DNA from: Candidatus Nanoarchaeia archaeon
Lineage (GTDB): Archaea; Nanobdellota; Nanobdellia; Pacearchaeales; GW2011-AR1
Assembly (NCBI GenBank): GCA_041484115.1
Contig: JBGPHA010000001.1
Span: forward strand, 1-34,106
Length of the DNA: 34,106 bases
Direction: 5' to 3'
Shown here: positions 24,384 to 33,632 of the stretch, piece by piece
Position numbering within the stretch: position 1 is the stretch's first letter
How the letters are laid out: every line of letters begins with the position of its first letter
Position numbers and translations under genes: made by a program
The notes under the pieces: model-generated
What the model was told of the DNA's origin: nothing
What the model saw: only the letters and a program-made list of their open reading frames with translations
Databases searched by the model: none

Positions 24384-24923
24384 ATGAGAGTTTTTGTTGC
24401 CGTAGATATCCCAAAACAAATTCAGAAGGAGATAAAGAAGATTCAGGAAAAAATTCCTGAATTTAAGGGGAAATTTACAGAATTGGAAAATCTTCATCTT
24501 ACATTAAAATTTCTTGGAAATATTGATGAAAGAAAATCCGAATTAGTAAAGGAGAAATTAAAAAATATTAAGATAAAGAAGTTTGAAAGCGTTATAGATA
24601 AAATAGGATTTTTTGATAATAGAATATCCACTAAATATCCTCAACAGATCGTCATCTGGCTTCATATGACAAATTGTGAAGAATTACAGAAAGCTGTTGA
24701 TGAAAAACTCTCTGGATTATTTGAAAAAGAGAAAAGATTCATGAGCCACTTGACTATTGTCCGCGTGAAATCTGTTAAGAATAAAAAAGAGTTTTTGGAG
24801 GAAATTGAGAGGATTAGTTTCCAAAAAATAAAATTTAAGGTTAAAGATTTTAGACTGAAAAAATCAACTCTTAACAAAAAGGGACCTGTTTATGATGATT
24901 TAGAAGAATATTCTCTAGAATAA
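24384..24923 (+). CDS. thpR: RNA 2',3'-cyclic phosphodiesterase / 2'-5' RNA ligase (2H family)
   Basis: Two H-x-T/S-x motifs: HLTLKFLG and HLTIVRVK. MRVFVAVDIP N-terminus. ATG at 24384 (the track ORF begins upstream inside the preceding gene). Confidence 0.85.
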   Translation: MRVFVAVDIPKQIQKEIKKIQEKIPEFKGKFTELENLHLTLKFLGNIDERKSELVKEKLKNIKIKKFESVIDKIGFFDNRISTKYPQQIVIWLHMTNCEELQKAVDEKLSGLFEKEKRFMSHLTIVRVKSVKNKKEFLEEIERISFQKIKFKVKDFRLKKSTLNKKGPVYDDLEEYSLE

Positions 24924-24957
24924 TTAACAATAAAAATTCTTACTTTCTTGTTTTTTA

Positions 24958-25314
24958 ATGAATAAATTGAGCTTAGAAGATTTTGTTGACTATTATGTTG
25001 AAGCGGCCCTTGAGGCTATTCAAAATAACTCTACAAATCTTGATGCTTTTGATGAATACATTCTTACAAGAGTTTTTGAAAGAACTGGTTTTTCTAGGGA
25101 AGAGATTAAATCTCTCCATCACCCGTTTCACTGGAATCTTTTTTTAGAAAAAACCTCTCCTCTAGAACTTGTTACTTCAAAAAAAGGAGGAAATAATTAT
25201 GAAATTCGTGTCAGACAGGAAAATTCCTCTCTTGATAAATCTAAATTAGTCTCTAGTATCTTAGAAGAATATGGAATACTGCTCCAGCAAAAATTGGACA
25301 AAATATTGAAATAA
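24958..25314 (+). CDS. hypothetical protein
   Basis: 118 aa ORF with an ATG start and coding-like composition. No family recognised. Confidence 0.55.
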   Translation: MNKLSLEDFVDYYVEAALEAIQNNSTNLDAFDEYILTRVFERTGFSREEIKSLHHPFHWNLFLEKTSPLELVTSKKGGNNYEIRVRQENSSLDKSKLVSSILEEYGILLQQKLDKILK

Positions 25315-25319
25315 TCATT

Positions 25320-26006
25320 TCAATAATTATTGTTTATTATCCTTATAAGATTATCTGCCTTTTTTCCAATCTCTTTTTTTAGCTCTTCTTCTGTAGCACC
25401 AATTACATTTTTTATTGTCCTGAATTTTTTTAAAAGTTTTCTCGCCGTTTTTGGTCCTATTCCAGGAAAACCTTCTAATAGATACTGGGCCTGCTCTTTT
25501 TTGCCGAGAACCTTTTTGCTAACATTTAACGGAGCATCCCGTTGTTCTTTTTTCGAAAGAACTGAAATAAATCTTGCTGTATCTTCATAGTTTTTAGTGA
25601 ATATTATTGGGATTTTATGATTAAGAAGTATAGAAAGCAGAAAACCACGGATTGAGTTTGGATGCATTCCTATATTTTCTTCAGAGTCAATATAGAGATC
25701 CTGTTCATCTATACCTTCCACAACCAAGAGCCTAGACTCATATTGTTTTAGTTCCTCCAACTGCTTCATAAGTCTACCATCTTTCATAGAGCTAATGAAA
25801 TCAGAGACGGTTTTTCTTTCTATTGCTGTACCCTTTACTATATAATCTGCGACTTTTAGTTCCTTTATCTCTACATCAAGTCCAAGAGAAGATAGTTCAG
25901 ATATAACAAGGGAGTTCTTCTCACGATAATCTATTTCTACTTTTGGCTTTTCTGGTATTTTTTCCCCGCTGACTATTTTTGAGAACATGCTGAATATCTC
26001 TTTCAT
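25320..26006 (-). CDS. ERCC4/XPF-type nuclease with C-terminal (HhH)2 (equivalent to the Hef nuclease half)
   Basis: VADYIV...AIERKTVSDFISSMKDGRLMKQ (GDx(n)ERKx3D nuclease motif). C-terminal GFPGIGPKTARKLLKKF HhH. Start overlaps the helicase stop (ATGA at 26003-26006). Confidence 0.9.
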   Translation of the reverse strand: MKEIFSMFSKIVSGEKIPEKPKVEIDYREKNSLVISELSSLGLDVEIKELKVADYIVKGTAIERKTVSDFISSMKDGRLMKQLEELKQYESRLLVVEGIDEQDLYIDSEENIGMHPNSIRGFLLSILLNHKIPIIFTKNYEDTARFISVLSKKEQRDAPLNVSKKVLGKKEQAQYLLEGFPGIGPKTARKLLKKFRTIKNVIGATEEELKKEIGKKADNLIRIINNNY

Positions 26007-27574
26007 TCTAGTTTTTCCTGAATTTCCTCCAAATTCCCATTTTTTAAATCGTCTTTTATAGAACTTATTGCTGAATGCATCTTTCTTTCTTTTGCCCTTG
26101 AGGCATAGAAATAAGCCTCGTCTCTAGTTTTTCTTGTGATAAGCATTACTAATTTTCCTTTCATTAACCTTGCTGTTCTACCTGTCCTCTGGATAGTCCT
26201 TATTGCAGAAGCCACAGGTTCATAGAAAACAACAATATTAACCTCTGGTATATCCAGTCCTTCTTCACCTATACTAGTAGCGCAAAGAACATTTATTTCT
26301 CTACTGGAAAAATCATTGATTATCTTCTTTTGTTCTTTCTGACTTAATCCTGAAACCTCTCCAGTCTCGCCCCCACTCACGGCTTTTTTTGCCTGTCCAA
26401 CAAAAACCTTTGCTTTTATACCTCTAATGCTGTTGAGGGTTTTGCAGAGAATTCTTGCAGTCTCTCTAAACTGGGAAAAAACTATCACTTTTGCTTTGTC
26501 ATTTTCCTGAATTTCCCTTTCTACGATAATTCTTAGAGCCTCTATCTTTGGATGCTCTTGTCCTTTTGCTAGAAGTTCCTCTGATGCTGTAAGTGCAAAA
26601 ATGAATTCTGGTTTTGACACCAACTTTATCACCCCTTTTGTTTGTTTTTTTTCTGCCTGATTTAATAATTCTTTTAGATATTTGTTGAATCCTTGGAGAG
26701 TCTGTGTTTCTAGAAGCTCAAGAGCATGCTGCAGTTTTACTGCCTGAGCACATACACTAGCAGCAAGAAGATTATTATAATTTTTATTTCCTCTCGAGAT
26801 GCTAATCATAAGTCTTTTCTGGAGATTTATTAGTTCTGTTTTTGATGGCATCCCCCATAAAACCTTTCTGTTTCTTAACTCATCTACATAAGTACTAAAA
26901 ATTCTGAGAAGAGCTTCCCTAATATCTTGAAATTTTTCTGGAAGTTCTAAAATTACTTTTTCAAATTCCAGCTCATGTAGATAAGGAGCTACATCAGGAC
27001 TATCTCTTGTTCGTAGCTCAACTTCTTCTATCGAGAGATTTCTACAAATCTCCTTAATTTTTGAGGCTTCGCTTCCCGGAGAAGCAGTAAGGCCAAGAAT
27101 TCTTGGGTGTTTTGAGATTTCCATATATTTTTTTGCTAGATAATTATAAGAGTAGTTCCTAATACATCTATGTGCTTCATCCTCTATAAGAAGGCAGACC
27201 TCTTCAAGATCGTAAAGGTTTTTATTGACATCATTGGCAACGCACTGTGGAGTTGAAAAAATTATATCTGCAGTTCTCCAAATTTCCTGCCTTTTTTCAG
27301 AAGCAACTTCTCCGGTGAACAACTCTAAGGATCCGAAAAGTTCTGGAAGATTACTTTTGAAATAAGCAAGATGCTGTTCTGCAAGTGGTTTTGTAGGAGC
27401 GAGAAAAACAACTTTTTCCCCTGGAAATTTTTTCATTCTTTCAATTGTCAGCATGAGGGCTATGAGCGTTTTTCCCAAGCCTGTAGGAAGAACTACGAGG
27501 CAGTTTTTTTTTGTGCAAGACTCAAAAATTTTTTGCTGATATTCTCTTGGAGTAACTTTTTCCAAAAATTCCAT
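26003..27574 (-). CDS. hef: Hef/FANCM-type SF2 helicase (helicase half only)
   Basis: Motif I LPTGLGKT, motif II DEAH (LIEDEAHRC), motif III TASP, inserted helical domain, motif VI QRTGRTAR. Confidence 0.9.
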   Translation of the reverse strand: MEFLEKVTPREYQQKIFESCTKKNCLVVLPTGLGKTLIALMLTIERMKKFPGEKVVFLAPTKPLAEQHLAYFKSNLPELFGSLELFTGEVASEKRQEIWRTADIIFSTPQCVANDVNKNLYDLEEVCLLIEDEAHRCIRNYSYNYLAKKYMEISKHPRILGLTASPGSEASKIKEICRNLSIEEVELRTRDSPDVAPYLHELEFEKVILELPEKFQDIREALLRIFSTYVDELRNRKVLWGMPSKTELINLQKRLMISISRGNKNYNNLLAASVCAQAVKLQHALELLETQTLQGFNKYLKELLNQAEKKQTKGVIKLVSKPEFIFALTASEELLAKGQEHPKIEALRIIVEREIQENDKAKVIVFSQFRETARILCKTLNSIRGIKAKVFVGQAKKAVSGGETGEVSGLSQKEQKKIINDFSSREINVLCATSIGEEGLDIPEVNIVVFYEPVASAIRTIQRTGRTARLMKGKLVMLITRKTRDEAYFYASRAKERKMHSAISSIKDDLKNGNLEEIQEKLE

Positions 27575-27633
27575 TTTTATGAAAAACCTCTTTGCTTATT
27601 AAATACTTTGTGAATCACTAAATAATTTTTTTC

Positions 27634-28266
27634 TTATGTAAGGAAAAATGCATATCCTAATCCTATTAGAACGAGGGTTGCTAGGAAGCTCCATAAAACT
27701 ATATTTCCGAAAAATATTTTGTTTCCATCAAGATCAAAAAGAGGAAGCATGCTGAAAAAGGTATAATAAACACTCAGCCTAGCAAAAGTGGGAAATCCAA
27801 GAAAGTATGCTATCCCAGATGCTATGAGATTTATGAAAACTCCTGCTGCAGCAATCAACCCTATGTGATATTCTGTCATTTCTGAAAAAGAATACAAGCC
27901 ATGACGTTTTGCAGTTCTATATATTTTTGGTTTAACATCAAAGACCATAGCAGCCATCCAGAACAGATTGCCGAGGGAAACCAGAGAAACTATTATTGGT
28001 AAAATTATTCCTATTGGAAAAGATTTTTTAAAACCCTGATCTTTTTTGAATCCGCGCCTTTCTATCTGCCATGGTTTTATCTCTATCTCCGATTCCAAGT
28101 AAAAGGCAGCTATCTTTTTTGCAGCAACATTTAGGAAAAGAATGAGAAATACAGCCAAAAGAACCCCTAACAAAATATTTATTTTTAGAAAACTTATTGT
28201 TATGGCAAGAATCAATGTAACAAGAAGAAATGTTCCAATTTCCTTTTTTTCTAGCATGCTTATCAT
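27634..28266 (-). CDS. M50/site-2-protease-like membrane protein lacking the HExxH motif
   Basis: Multi-TM protein with S2P-like LPLFDLDGNKIF (NxxPxxxLDG-type motif) and GLIAAAGVFINLI. The position where HExxH is expected reads LNVAAKK. Confidence 0.5.
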   Translation of the reverse strand: MISMLEKKEIGTFLLVTLILAITISFLKINILLGVLLAVFLILFLNVAAKKIAAFYLESEIEIKPWQIERRGFKKDQGFKKSFPIGIILPIIVSLVSLGNLFWMAAMVFDVKPKIYRTAKRHGLYSFSEMTEYHIGLIAAAGVFINLIASGIAYFLGFPTFARLSVYYTFFSMLPLFDLDGNKIFFGNIVLWSFLATLVLIGLGYAFFLT

Positions 28267-28411
28267 AGGTTATATTTTTTTATAAAGTTTGTTATGGTAT
28301 ATTTTTATGCCTTTACACAATAATTTCTTATTTAAACACATTTTTTGTCCAATTTGTTAATATACAATAAATCATGGAAAAGTATTTAAATTAGGGTAAT
28401 CAATTTTTATT

Positions 28412-28699
28412 ATGCGTGTTAGAAAAGTTACCGATGTCATAGGTCTAAAGGCTTATACAGATTCTGGAGAATTTTTTGGTGAAGTAGAAGAGGCGAATCT
28501 GCAGGATAATAAGATAGATGGATGGCGAATAAAAGTTGGAGGAAGTGTGATATCATTGATAGGAGGAGCAAGAGGAGTGATAATCCCACACCAGTTCGTA
28601 AAAGCGATTAGTGATGTATTCATAATAAACAAAACAGCACTACCTAGCCCACAAGAAAATCCAGAACTTGAAGAAGTTTCTGGCGGCGATTTGATTTAA
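28412..28699 (+). CDS. PRC-barrel domain protein (small stand-alone type)
   Basis: 95 aa. VIGLKAYTDSGEFFGEVEEANLQDNKIDGWRIKV...IIPHQFVKAISDVFIIN. Paralogue of 10390-10650. Confidence 0.8.
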   Translation: MRVRKVTDVIGLKAYTDSGEFFGEVEEANLQDNKIDGWRIKVGGSVISLIGGARGVIIPHQFVKAISDVFIINKTALPSPQENPELEEVSGGDLI

Positions 28700-28818
28700 A
28701 ATGGATATTATGGGTAATTAATACTTCGATATTTTCCATTAAAATATGTTCTAGATATCCCTTAATAAAACCCAATTAATATAAAAATATTTAAAAGGCT
28801 CTTCACCTTATAATTAAA

Positions 28819-29199
28819 ATGGCCGATACAATCTTACAGAGCTGGATTTTTACACAGTTCGCCTTTCCTTTTCTTCTGATATTCTTCATTCTTTTTGGAA
28901 TTCTTGAAAAGACAGAAGTCTTTGGTAAGAATAAAAAAACATTAAATGCAATGATAGCTTTTGTTGTTGGCCTGATCTTTGTCGGAGCTGTTTCAACGAA
29001 GCTTGTTGTTGGAAATCTTATTCTTTTCCTTACAGTTGCAATAGTCGTTGTTTTTATAGGACTTTTGTTGTGGGGATTTGTTTCTGGAGAAGAAGCGAAA
29101 ATCCCTGGACAACTTAAACCTCTTGCAGGGATAGTTGTAATTCTCTCTGTGGCTATTGCTCTTTTGTGGGCTTTGGGAGTCCAAATAAGTTTTTTTTAA
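28819..29199 (+). CDS. multi-TM membrane protein, paralogue A (ends at an in-frame TAA; homologous coding continues to 29328)
   Basis: FPFLLIFFILFGILEKTEVFGKNKKTLNAMIAFVVGLIFV parallels LPFLLIFSVVFGILTKTNILGNKKGLNAVISLVIGLLAL of 29383-29976. After TAA (29197-29199) the same frame stays open for 42 codons to TAG (29326-29328), and that stretch resembles the paralogue's C-terminus. Confidence 0.7.
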   Translation: MADTILQSWIFTQFAFPFLLIFFILFGILEKTEVFGKNKKTLNAMIAFVVGLIFVGAVSTKLVVGNLILFLTVAIVVVFIGLLLWGFVSGEEAKIPGQLKPLAGIVVILSVAIALLWALGVQISFF

Positions 29200-29382
29200 A
29201 AGATATTCGACTTTCTTTTTAACAGCAGTTGGAGTTCTGCTTTCTGGACAAACGCAGTATTCATTATAGCTGTAATAGCAGCCATCGCCATTGTAATGGG
29301 AAAAGGCGGCGGAAGTGGTGGAAAGTAGCAATAATTTCTGAATTGTAGAAACATATTTAAAGAATATTTGATAAAAAGTAAC

Positions 29383-29976
29383 ATGCTGGGTCACATTCTA
29401 AGCTTTCAGTTTGCAGGATTTTATGGAGGATCTATAGGAAACATTTTGGCATACTGGGAACAATTAGGAGTTTTTACTTATCTTCTGCCCTTTCTTCTTA
29501 TTTTCTCTGTTGTTTTTGGAATTTTGACAAAAACTAACATTTTAGGAAACAAAAAGGGATTGAATGCAGTAATTTCATTAGTAATTGGATTATTAGCATT
29601 GCAGTTTAATTTTGTTCCTTTGTTTTTTTCAGAGATATTCCCCAATCTTGGTGCTGGACTCTCTATAATTTTGGTATTATTAATTTTGATTGGTTTATTT
29701 TTGCCAGCAGGGAAAACCTCTGCTAACTACCTTCTTGCTGGAATTGCTGCTATAATATTCATCGTTGTAATATCAAAATCTTTTAGTAACTTAGGATATT
29801 CCATATATACTTACGGAATATGGGATTTTATTTATAGAAATCTTGGTGCTATAACAGTAATTCTTATAATATTAGTTGCTGTAGGAGCAGTTATCGGCTC
29901 ATCTGGATCAAAAAAACCTGGTCAGGGTCCACAACCATATGTGGCTTTATGGCAACAAGGCCAACCAGGTGGTTAA
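29383..29976 (+). CDS. multi-TM membrane protein, paralogue B
   Basis: ATG at 29383 (the track begins at a TTG, 29368). About five TM helices and a Gly/Pro/Gln-rich tail. No family recognised. Confidence 0.7.
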   Translation: MLGHILSFQFAGFYGGSIGNILAYWEQLGVFTYLLPFLLIFSVVFGILTKTNILGNKKGLNAVISLVIGLLALQFNFVPLFFSEIFPNLGAGLSIILVLLILIGLFLPAGKTSANYLLAGIAAIIFIVVISKSFSNLGYSIYTYGIWDFIYRNLGAITVILIILVAVGAVIGSSGSKKPGQGPQPYVALWQQGQPGG

Positions 29977-29983
29977 TTAGAAA

Positions 29984-30886
29984 TCACCTTTTTCTTGAAT
30001 ATTTTTTTCTCGTAACTTTTTTTGATTTGTGTACTGTTACTCTGTTTTGAGTATGATGTTGTGGTTGTGATTGGTTTTGTTGATGGTTTGTGTGATGTTG
30101 ATGATGTTCTGATTTTTCTGCTATATTATTTACCATTTTGCTGAAAGAATCCTGCATCATATTCATTTCTTTTCTGACAGATTCAATTCCCTGGCCATAT
30201 CCCCCTACTTTTTCAAGAATAGATGCTTGCAATCTGTCTATGATTGCTTCTATTTTTTTTAGTCTTTCTGAAATATGATCGATATTTGTCTGTGCTAAAG
30301 CTCGGAATTCGTTCATATCCTCAATTTTTTTCTGAAGAGGCCTGTTTTTTTCTGAAAATACCTGTTCAGAAACTTCTATCATAGTATCTGTATCTATCAT
30401 GCCTCCGGCATTTTGATATTGATAACCCGCCTGAGGAGCATATTCTTGAAATTGCTGATATTGTTGTTCTGCCTGAGGAGCATATTCTTGAAATTGCTGA
30501 TATTGTTGCTGTGGATAAGAAGCTTCTTGCGGTTCATACATTTCTCCGGAATCATCTGCAACTTCTCTTGTTGATTCCGCAGGCATTTGATATTGCCCCA
30601 TGTACCCTCCTCCTGGAATTGGTGGAGTCAAATCAATGTCGCTGAGAGTCCCCCCTTCTAATCCTTCTACTGGAAGTCTTTCAGAGTCAATATCTTCTTC
30701 AGAACCCATTACAGAATGTTGCATCCCTTCTGTGCCCCTCATATTAACGGCATTTTTTATCTGTGCCCTGCTGAATGCATCATTTATAGCTACTGGAGGA
30801 ATTCCTTGTTCCTGGAGAGTTCTAATAATTTCCTGATCAGAAACTCCCCTATTTCTTAGGCCCATGACCTGATCTAAAACACCCAT
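29984..30886 (-). CDS. Q/Y-rich repeat protein with small N-terminal helical (UBA-like) domain, coiled coil and His/Gln-rich basic tail
   Basis: 300 aa. N-terminus GVSDQEIIRTLQEQGIPPVAINDAF. Tandem QQYQQFQEYAPQA(E/G). Coiled coil LQKKIEDMNEF...IDRLQASILEK. Tail HHQHHTNHQQNQSQPQHH...KKYSRKR. Confidence 0.7.
   Translation of the reverse strand: MGVLDQVMGLRNRGVSDQEIIRTLQEQGIPPVAINDAFSRAQIKNAVNMRGTEGMQHSVMGSEEDIDSERLPVEGLEGGTLSDIDLTPPIPGGGYMGQYQMPAESTREVADDSGEMYEPQEASYPQQQYQQFQEYAPQAEQQYQQFQEYAPQAGYQYQNAGGMIDTDTMIEVSEQVFSEKNRPLQKKIEDMNEFRALAQTNIDHISERLKKIEAIIDRLQASILEKVGGYGQGIESVRKEMNMMQDSFSKMVNNIAEKSEHHQHHTNHQQNQSQPQHHTQNRVTVHKSKKVTRKKYSRKR
30428..30511. repeat. 42-nt tandem duplication (2 copies, 40/42 identical)
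   Basis: GCCTGAGGAGCATATTCTTGAAATTGCTGATATTGTTG is repeated exactly at 30428 and 30470. The copies differ only in the last 4 nt of the unit. Confidence 0.95.
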
Positions 30887-30901
30887 TTTATTATAGTATT
30901 A

Positions 30902-31243
30902 TTATCCCGATTTTTTTAAATCTTTTTTTCTTATGAACTCTAATGGTTGGAACATCTTTGCTTGTTTGGCTAGTATTTCCAGATCTTCTTTTCTCGCGAA
31001 TTTTGAGAACTCTGAAGATGCCGTTTCTAGAAAGGAAACAAGTCTTTCCATGTTTTTTTTAATCACTTCCAGATCTTTTTTTATTTCAAGTATATCAAAA
31101 GATGTTTTTTCTTTCATTTCTATCAAATTTTGTCCTATCAAGAGAAGTCTGTCTCTTAGCATTTTATTTTTTTCTTCCAAATCTCTAAATCTCACGCTTG
31201 TATCAACAAAAAAAGGATTATTACTGCTCTGAATTTCTGCCAT
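30902..31243 (-). CDS. coiled-coil protein, hypothetical
   Basis: About 113 aa from the ATG at 31243 (the track begins at a TTG, 31249). Heptad-rich (LEEKNKMLRDRLLLIGQNLIEMKEK...LEVIKKNMERLVSFLE). Lies immediately upstream of the Q/Y-rich gene on the same strand. Confidence 0.6.
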   Translation of the reverse strand: MAEIQSSNNPFFVDTSVRFRDLEEKNKMLRDRLLLIGQNLIEMKEKTSFDILEIKKDLEVIKKNMERLVSFLETASSEFSKFARKEDLEILAKQAKMFQPLEFIRKKDLKKSG

Positions 31244-31342
31244 AAGCAAAAGAGACTTGCATACTTTAAATTTGTTGCGTTTATCGTTGTGTTTAAACTA
31301 AACTACACAAAGAATTTTAAACTTCTTCAGCCTTTTTCTAAA

Positions 31343-33625
31343 ATGCCGGAACAAGAATCCAAAATTTATTCTTATGAAGTAAAGAGAGAGGGTGGAGAAG
31401 ATATTCTTTATATAAATTATTTGGGAGCTCCCTATGTTCCTGATCTTGCTGAATCAGCAGAAGTCATGGCAAGAACTGTTGATGCTCTAATGGAAAATCC
31501 TAATGTTTCAAGGATAATTTTTGTTCAACAAAAAAATTATAATTATGATTTTGGAGAGACATCCATGCTTCTTGAGATTGCTCAACTTTATACTTATTTC
31601 GTGAAACAGGAAAAAGTTCTTTCAAGAGAAAAAATAGGAACAATGGAACAGTTCTTTCCTCAGAGATACAATGAGATTTTCTCTTTCCTTTTGTTTCTGA
31701 AACAGGATCCATTATCAGCATATGCTGAAATAAGAAAAATTATAATAAATTCCAGGCTTTTCCTGGAAAAATTAGGCTCCAGATATAAGACTGATCAGAC
31801 AGGATACATAAATTTTCTTGAAAAAATCTTCTCCCTGTTGGAAAACACAGCCTTGATACAAAGCGCAATTCCATATCTTTCTGATTATCAAAAAGGAGAT
31901 AGGGAAATCTATTCAAGAATTTTGAAGCCAGATGTTATCCCTAATTTCACCTTTACCAGACTGGTTTCTGATCTTCCTGAAAATGCAGAAATAATAGATC
32001 AGTATGAAATATCTAATGAGAGCTATGATGTTTCTATGGTTACAATACTTAAGAAAAAAGAAGAGCCAAAATTAATCTATCACTTGATTCCTCCTGAGAA
32101 TGCTTTGAGTGAAGAACATTCTGCATTGCTTAACACTGCACGCAAGGTTTTGATAGAACATCAGCCGAAGGCAGAGGAATTTACAGACACAGAGAGAACC
32201 AGGCAGGTTTTTTTCAATATATCCAAAGATTTACTTCAGGACCTTGCACAGAGTATGGGAATAAAAATTAATTACCCTGATTTGAATAAACTGGCAATTA
32301 TTTTAGTAAGACATACTATCGGTTTTGGCTTGATAGAAGTTTTGCTGCAGGACAAAAAACTTCAGGATATTTCTCTAAATGCACCAATTTCAATGATGCC
32401 TATTTTTGTCCGTCATGAGGATTATGATGAATGTCTTTCTAATATCATTCCAAGTCAGGAAGATATTGATTCCTGGGCTGCAAAATTCAGGCTTATTTCT
32501 GGAAGACCATTGGACGAAGCAAATCCTATTCTTGACACTCAGCTTGAGATAGGAAAAATACGTGCAAGAATAGCTATAATCCAAAGGCCCCTGAGCCCTG
32601 ACGGACTTGCATATGCAATAAGAAGACATAGAGAAGAGCCATGGACCCTTCCCTTATTTATAAAAAACAGGATGATCAATTCTTTTACTGCAGGACTTCT
32701 CAGTTTTTTAGTAGATGGAAACAGAACTTTGCTAGTTGCAGGCACGAGAAGCAGTGGAAAAACAAGCCTCCTTGGAAGTCTTATGCTGGAAATAATCCCT
32801 AAATACAGAGTAATAGTAATAGAAGACTCATTAGAGCTTCCTGTAGAATCTCTTAGAGATCTTAAATATGATATACTGAGAATGAAAGTAAGAAGCGCAC
32901 TTCTTAAAACGACAACAGAGGTTTCTGCAGATGATGGAATAAGAACGAGTTTGAGATTGGGGGATAGCTGCCTGATAATAGGAGAAGTTAGGAGTCTTGA
33001 AGCTCAGGCTTTATATGAGGCAATGCGTGTTGGTGCACTGGCAAATGTGGTTGCAGGAACTATTCACGGAGCAAGCCCCTATGCTGTTTTTGATAGGGTT
33101 GTTAATGACCTAGATGTCCCAACGACGAGCTTCAAGGCCACAGATATAATAGCTGTTGCAAATCCGATAAAAACTTCTGATGGATTACATTCATGGAAAA
33201 GACTTGTTCAATTATCTGAAGTCAGAAAACATTGGCAGAAAGACCCCCTTGAAGAAAAAGGTTTTGTTGATCTTTTGAGATATAATGTAGAGAAAGATGA
33301 ATTGGAGCCAACAGAAGATCTTATTAATGGAGATTCTGAAATAATAAAAGACATAGCTTCCAGCATCAAAGGATGGGCAGGAAACTGGGATGCAGTCTAT
33401 GACAATATTCTTTTGAGGGCCAAAGTAAAGCAAGAAATAGTAAATACTGCAGAAAAAATAAAAAATTTCAGAATTCTTGAAGCAAAATTTAATACGGAAG
33501 CGAATCATGCATTCCACAGGATTTCAGATGGGATAAGACAAGAAGTAGGACTTCCTGTCAGCGAAAGAGTTTTCCCAGAATGGCAGAAATGGCTGAACCA
33601 GGAAATAAAAAAGAAAAATCTATAA
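31343..33625 (+). CDS. type II/IV secretion-system ATPase of the archaeal FlaI/PilB/VirB11 class, long form
   Basis: Walker A LVAGTRSSGKTSLLGSL, Asp box IVIEDSLEL, Walker B CLIIGEVRSLEA, His box AGTIHGAS. About 450 aa precede Walker A. ATG at 31343 (the track begins at a GTG, 31289). Confidence 0.9.
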   Translation: MPEQESKIYSYEVKREGGEDILYINYLGAPYVPDLAESAEVMARTVDALMENPNVSRIIFVQQKNYNYDFGETSMLLEIAQLYTYFVKQEKVLSREKIGTMEQFFPQRYNEIFSFLLFLKQDPLSAYAEIRKIIINSRLFLEKLGSRYKTDQTGYINFLEKIFSLLENTALIQSAIPYLSDYQKGDREIYSRILKPDVIPNFTFTRLVSDLPENAEIIDQYEISNESYDVSMVTILKKKEEPKLIYHLIPPENALSEEHSALLNTARKVLIEHQPKAEEFTDTERTRQVFFNISKDLLQDLAQSMGIKINYPDLNKLAIILVRHTIGFGLIEVLLQDKKLQDISLNAPISMMPIFVRHEDYDECLSNIIPSQEDIDSWAAKFRLISGRPLDEANPILDTQLEIGKIRARIAIIQRPLSPDGLAYAIRRHREEPWTLPLFIKNRMINSFTAGLLSFLVDGNRTLLVAGTRSSGKTSLLGSLMLEIIPKYRVIVIEDSLELPVESLRDLKYDILRMKVRSALLKTTTEVSADDGIRTSLRLGDSCLIIGEVRSLEAQALYEAMRVGALANVVAGTIHGASPYAVFDRVVNDLDVPTTSFKATDIIAVANPIKTSDGLHSWKRLVQLSEVRKHWQKDPLEEKGFVDLLRYNVEKDELEPTEDLINGDSEIIKDIASSIKGWAGNWDAVYDNILLRAKVKQEIVNTAEKIKNFRILEAKFNTEANHAFHRISDGIRQEVGLPVSERVFPEWQKWLNQEIKKKNL

Positions 33626-33632
33626 GGGAAAA

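Noticed and set aside
29190-29197. A T8 homopolymer as a possible frameshift site explaining the truncated membrane protein.
   Set aside because: Codon counting shows that the homologous downstream sequence is in the same frame as the upstream ORF. The interruption is an in-frame stop, not a frameshift.
28993-29394. Minus-strand ORFs (133 and 62 aa) covering the gap after the in-frame TAA.
   Set aside because: The plus strand across this interval encodes sequence homologous to the C-terminus of the neighbouring paralogue. The minus-strand products are compositionally odd and unsupported.
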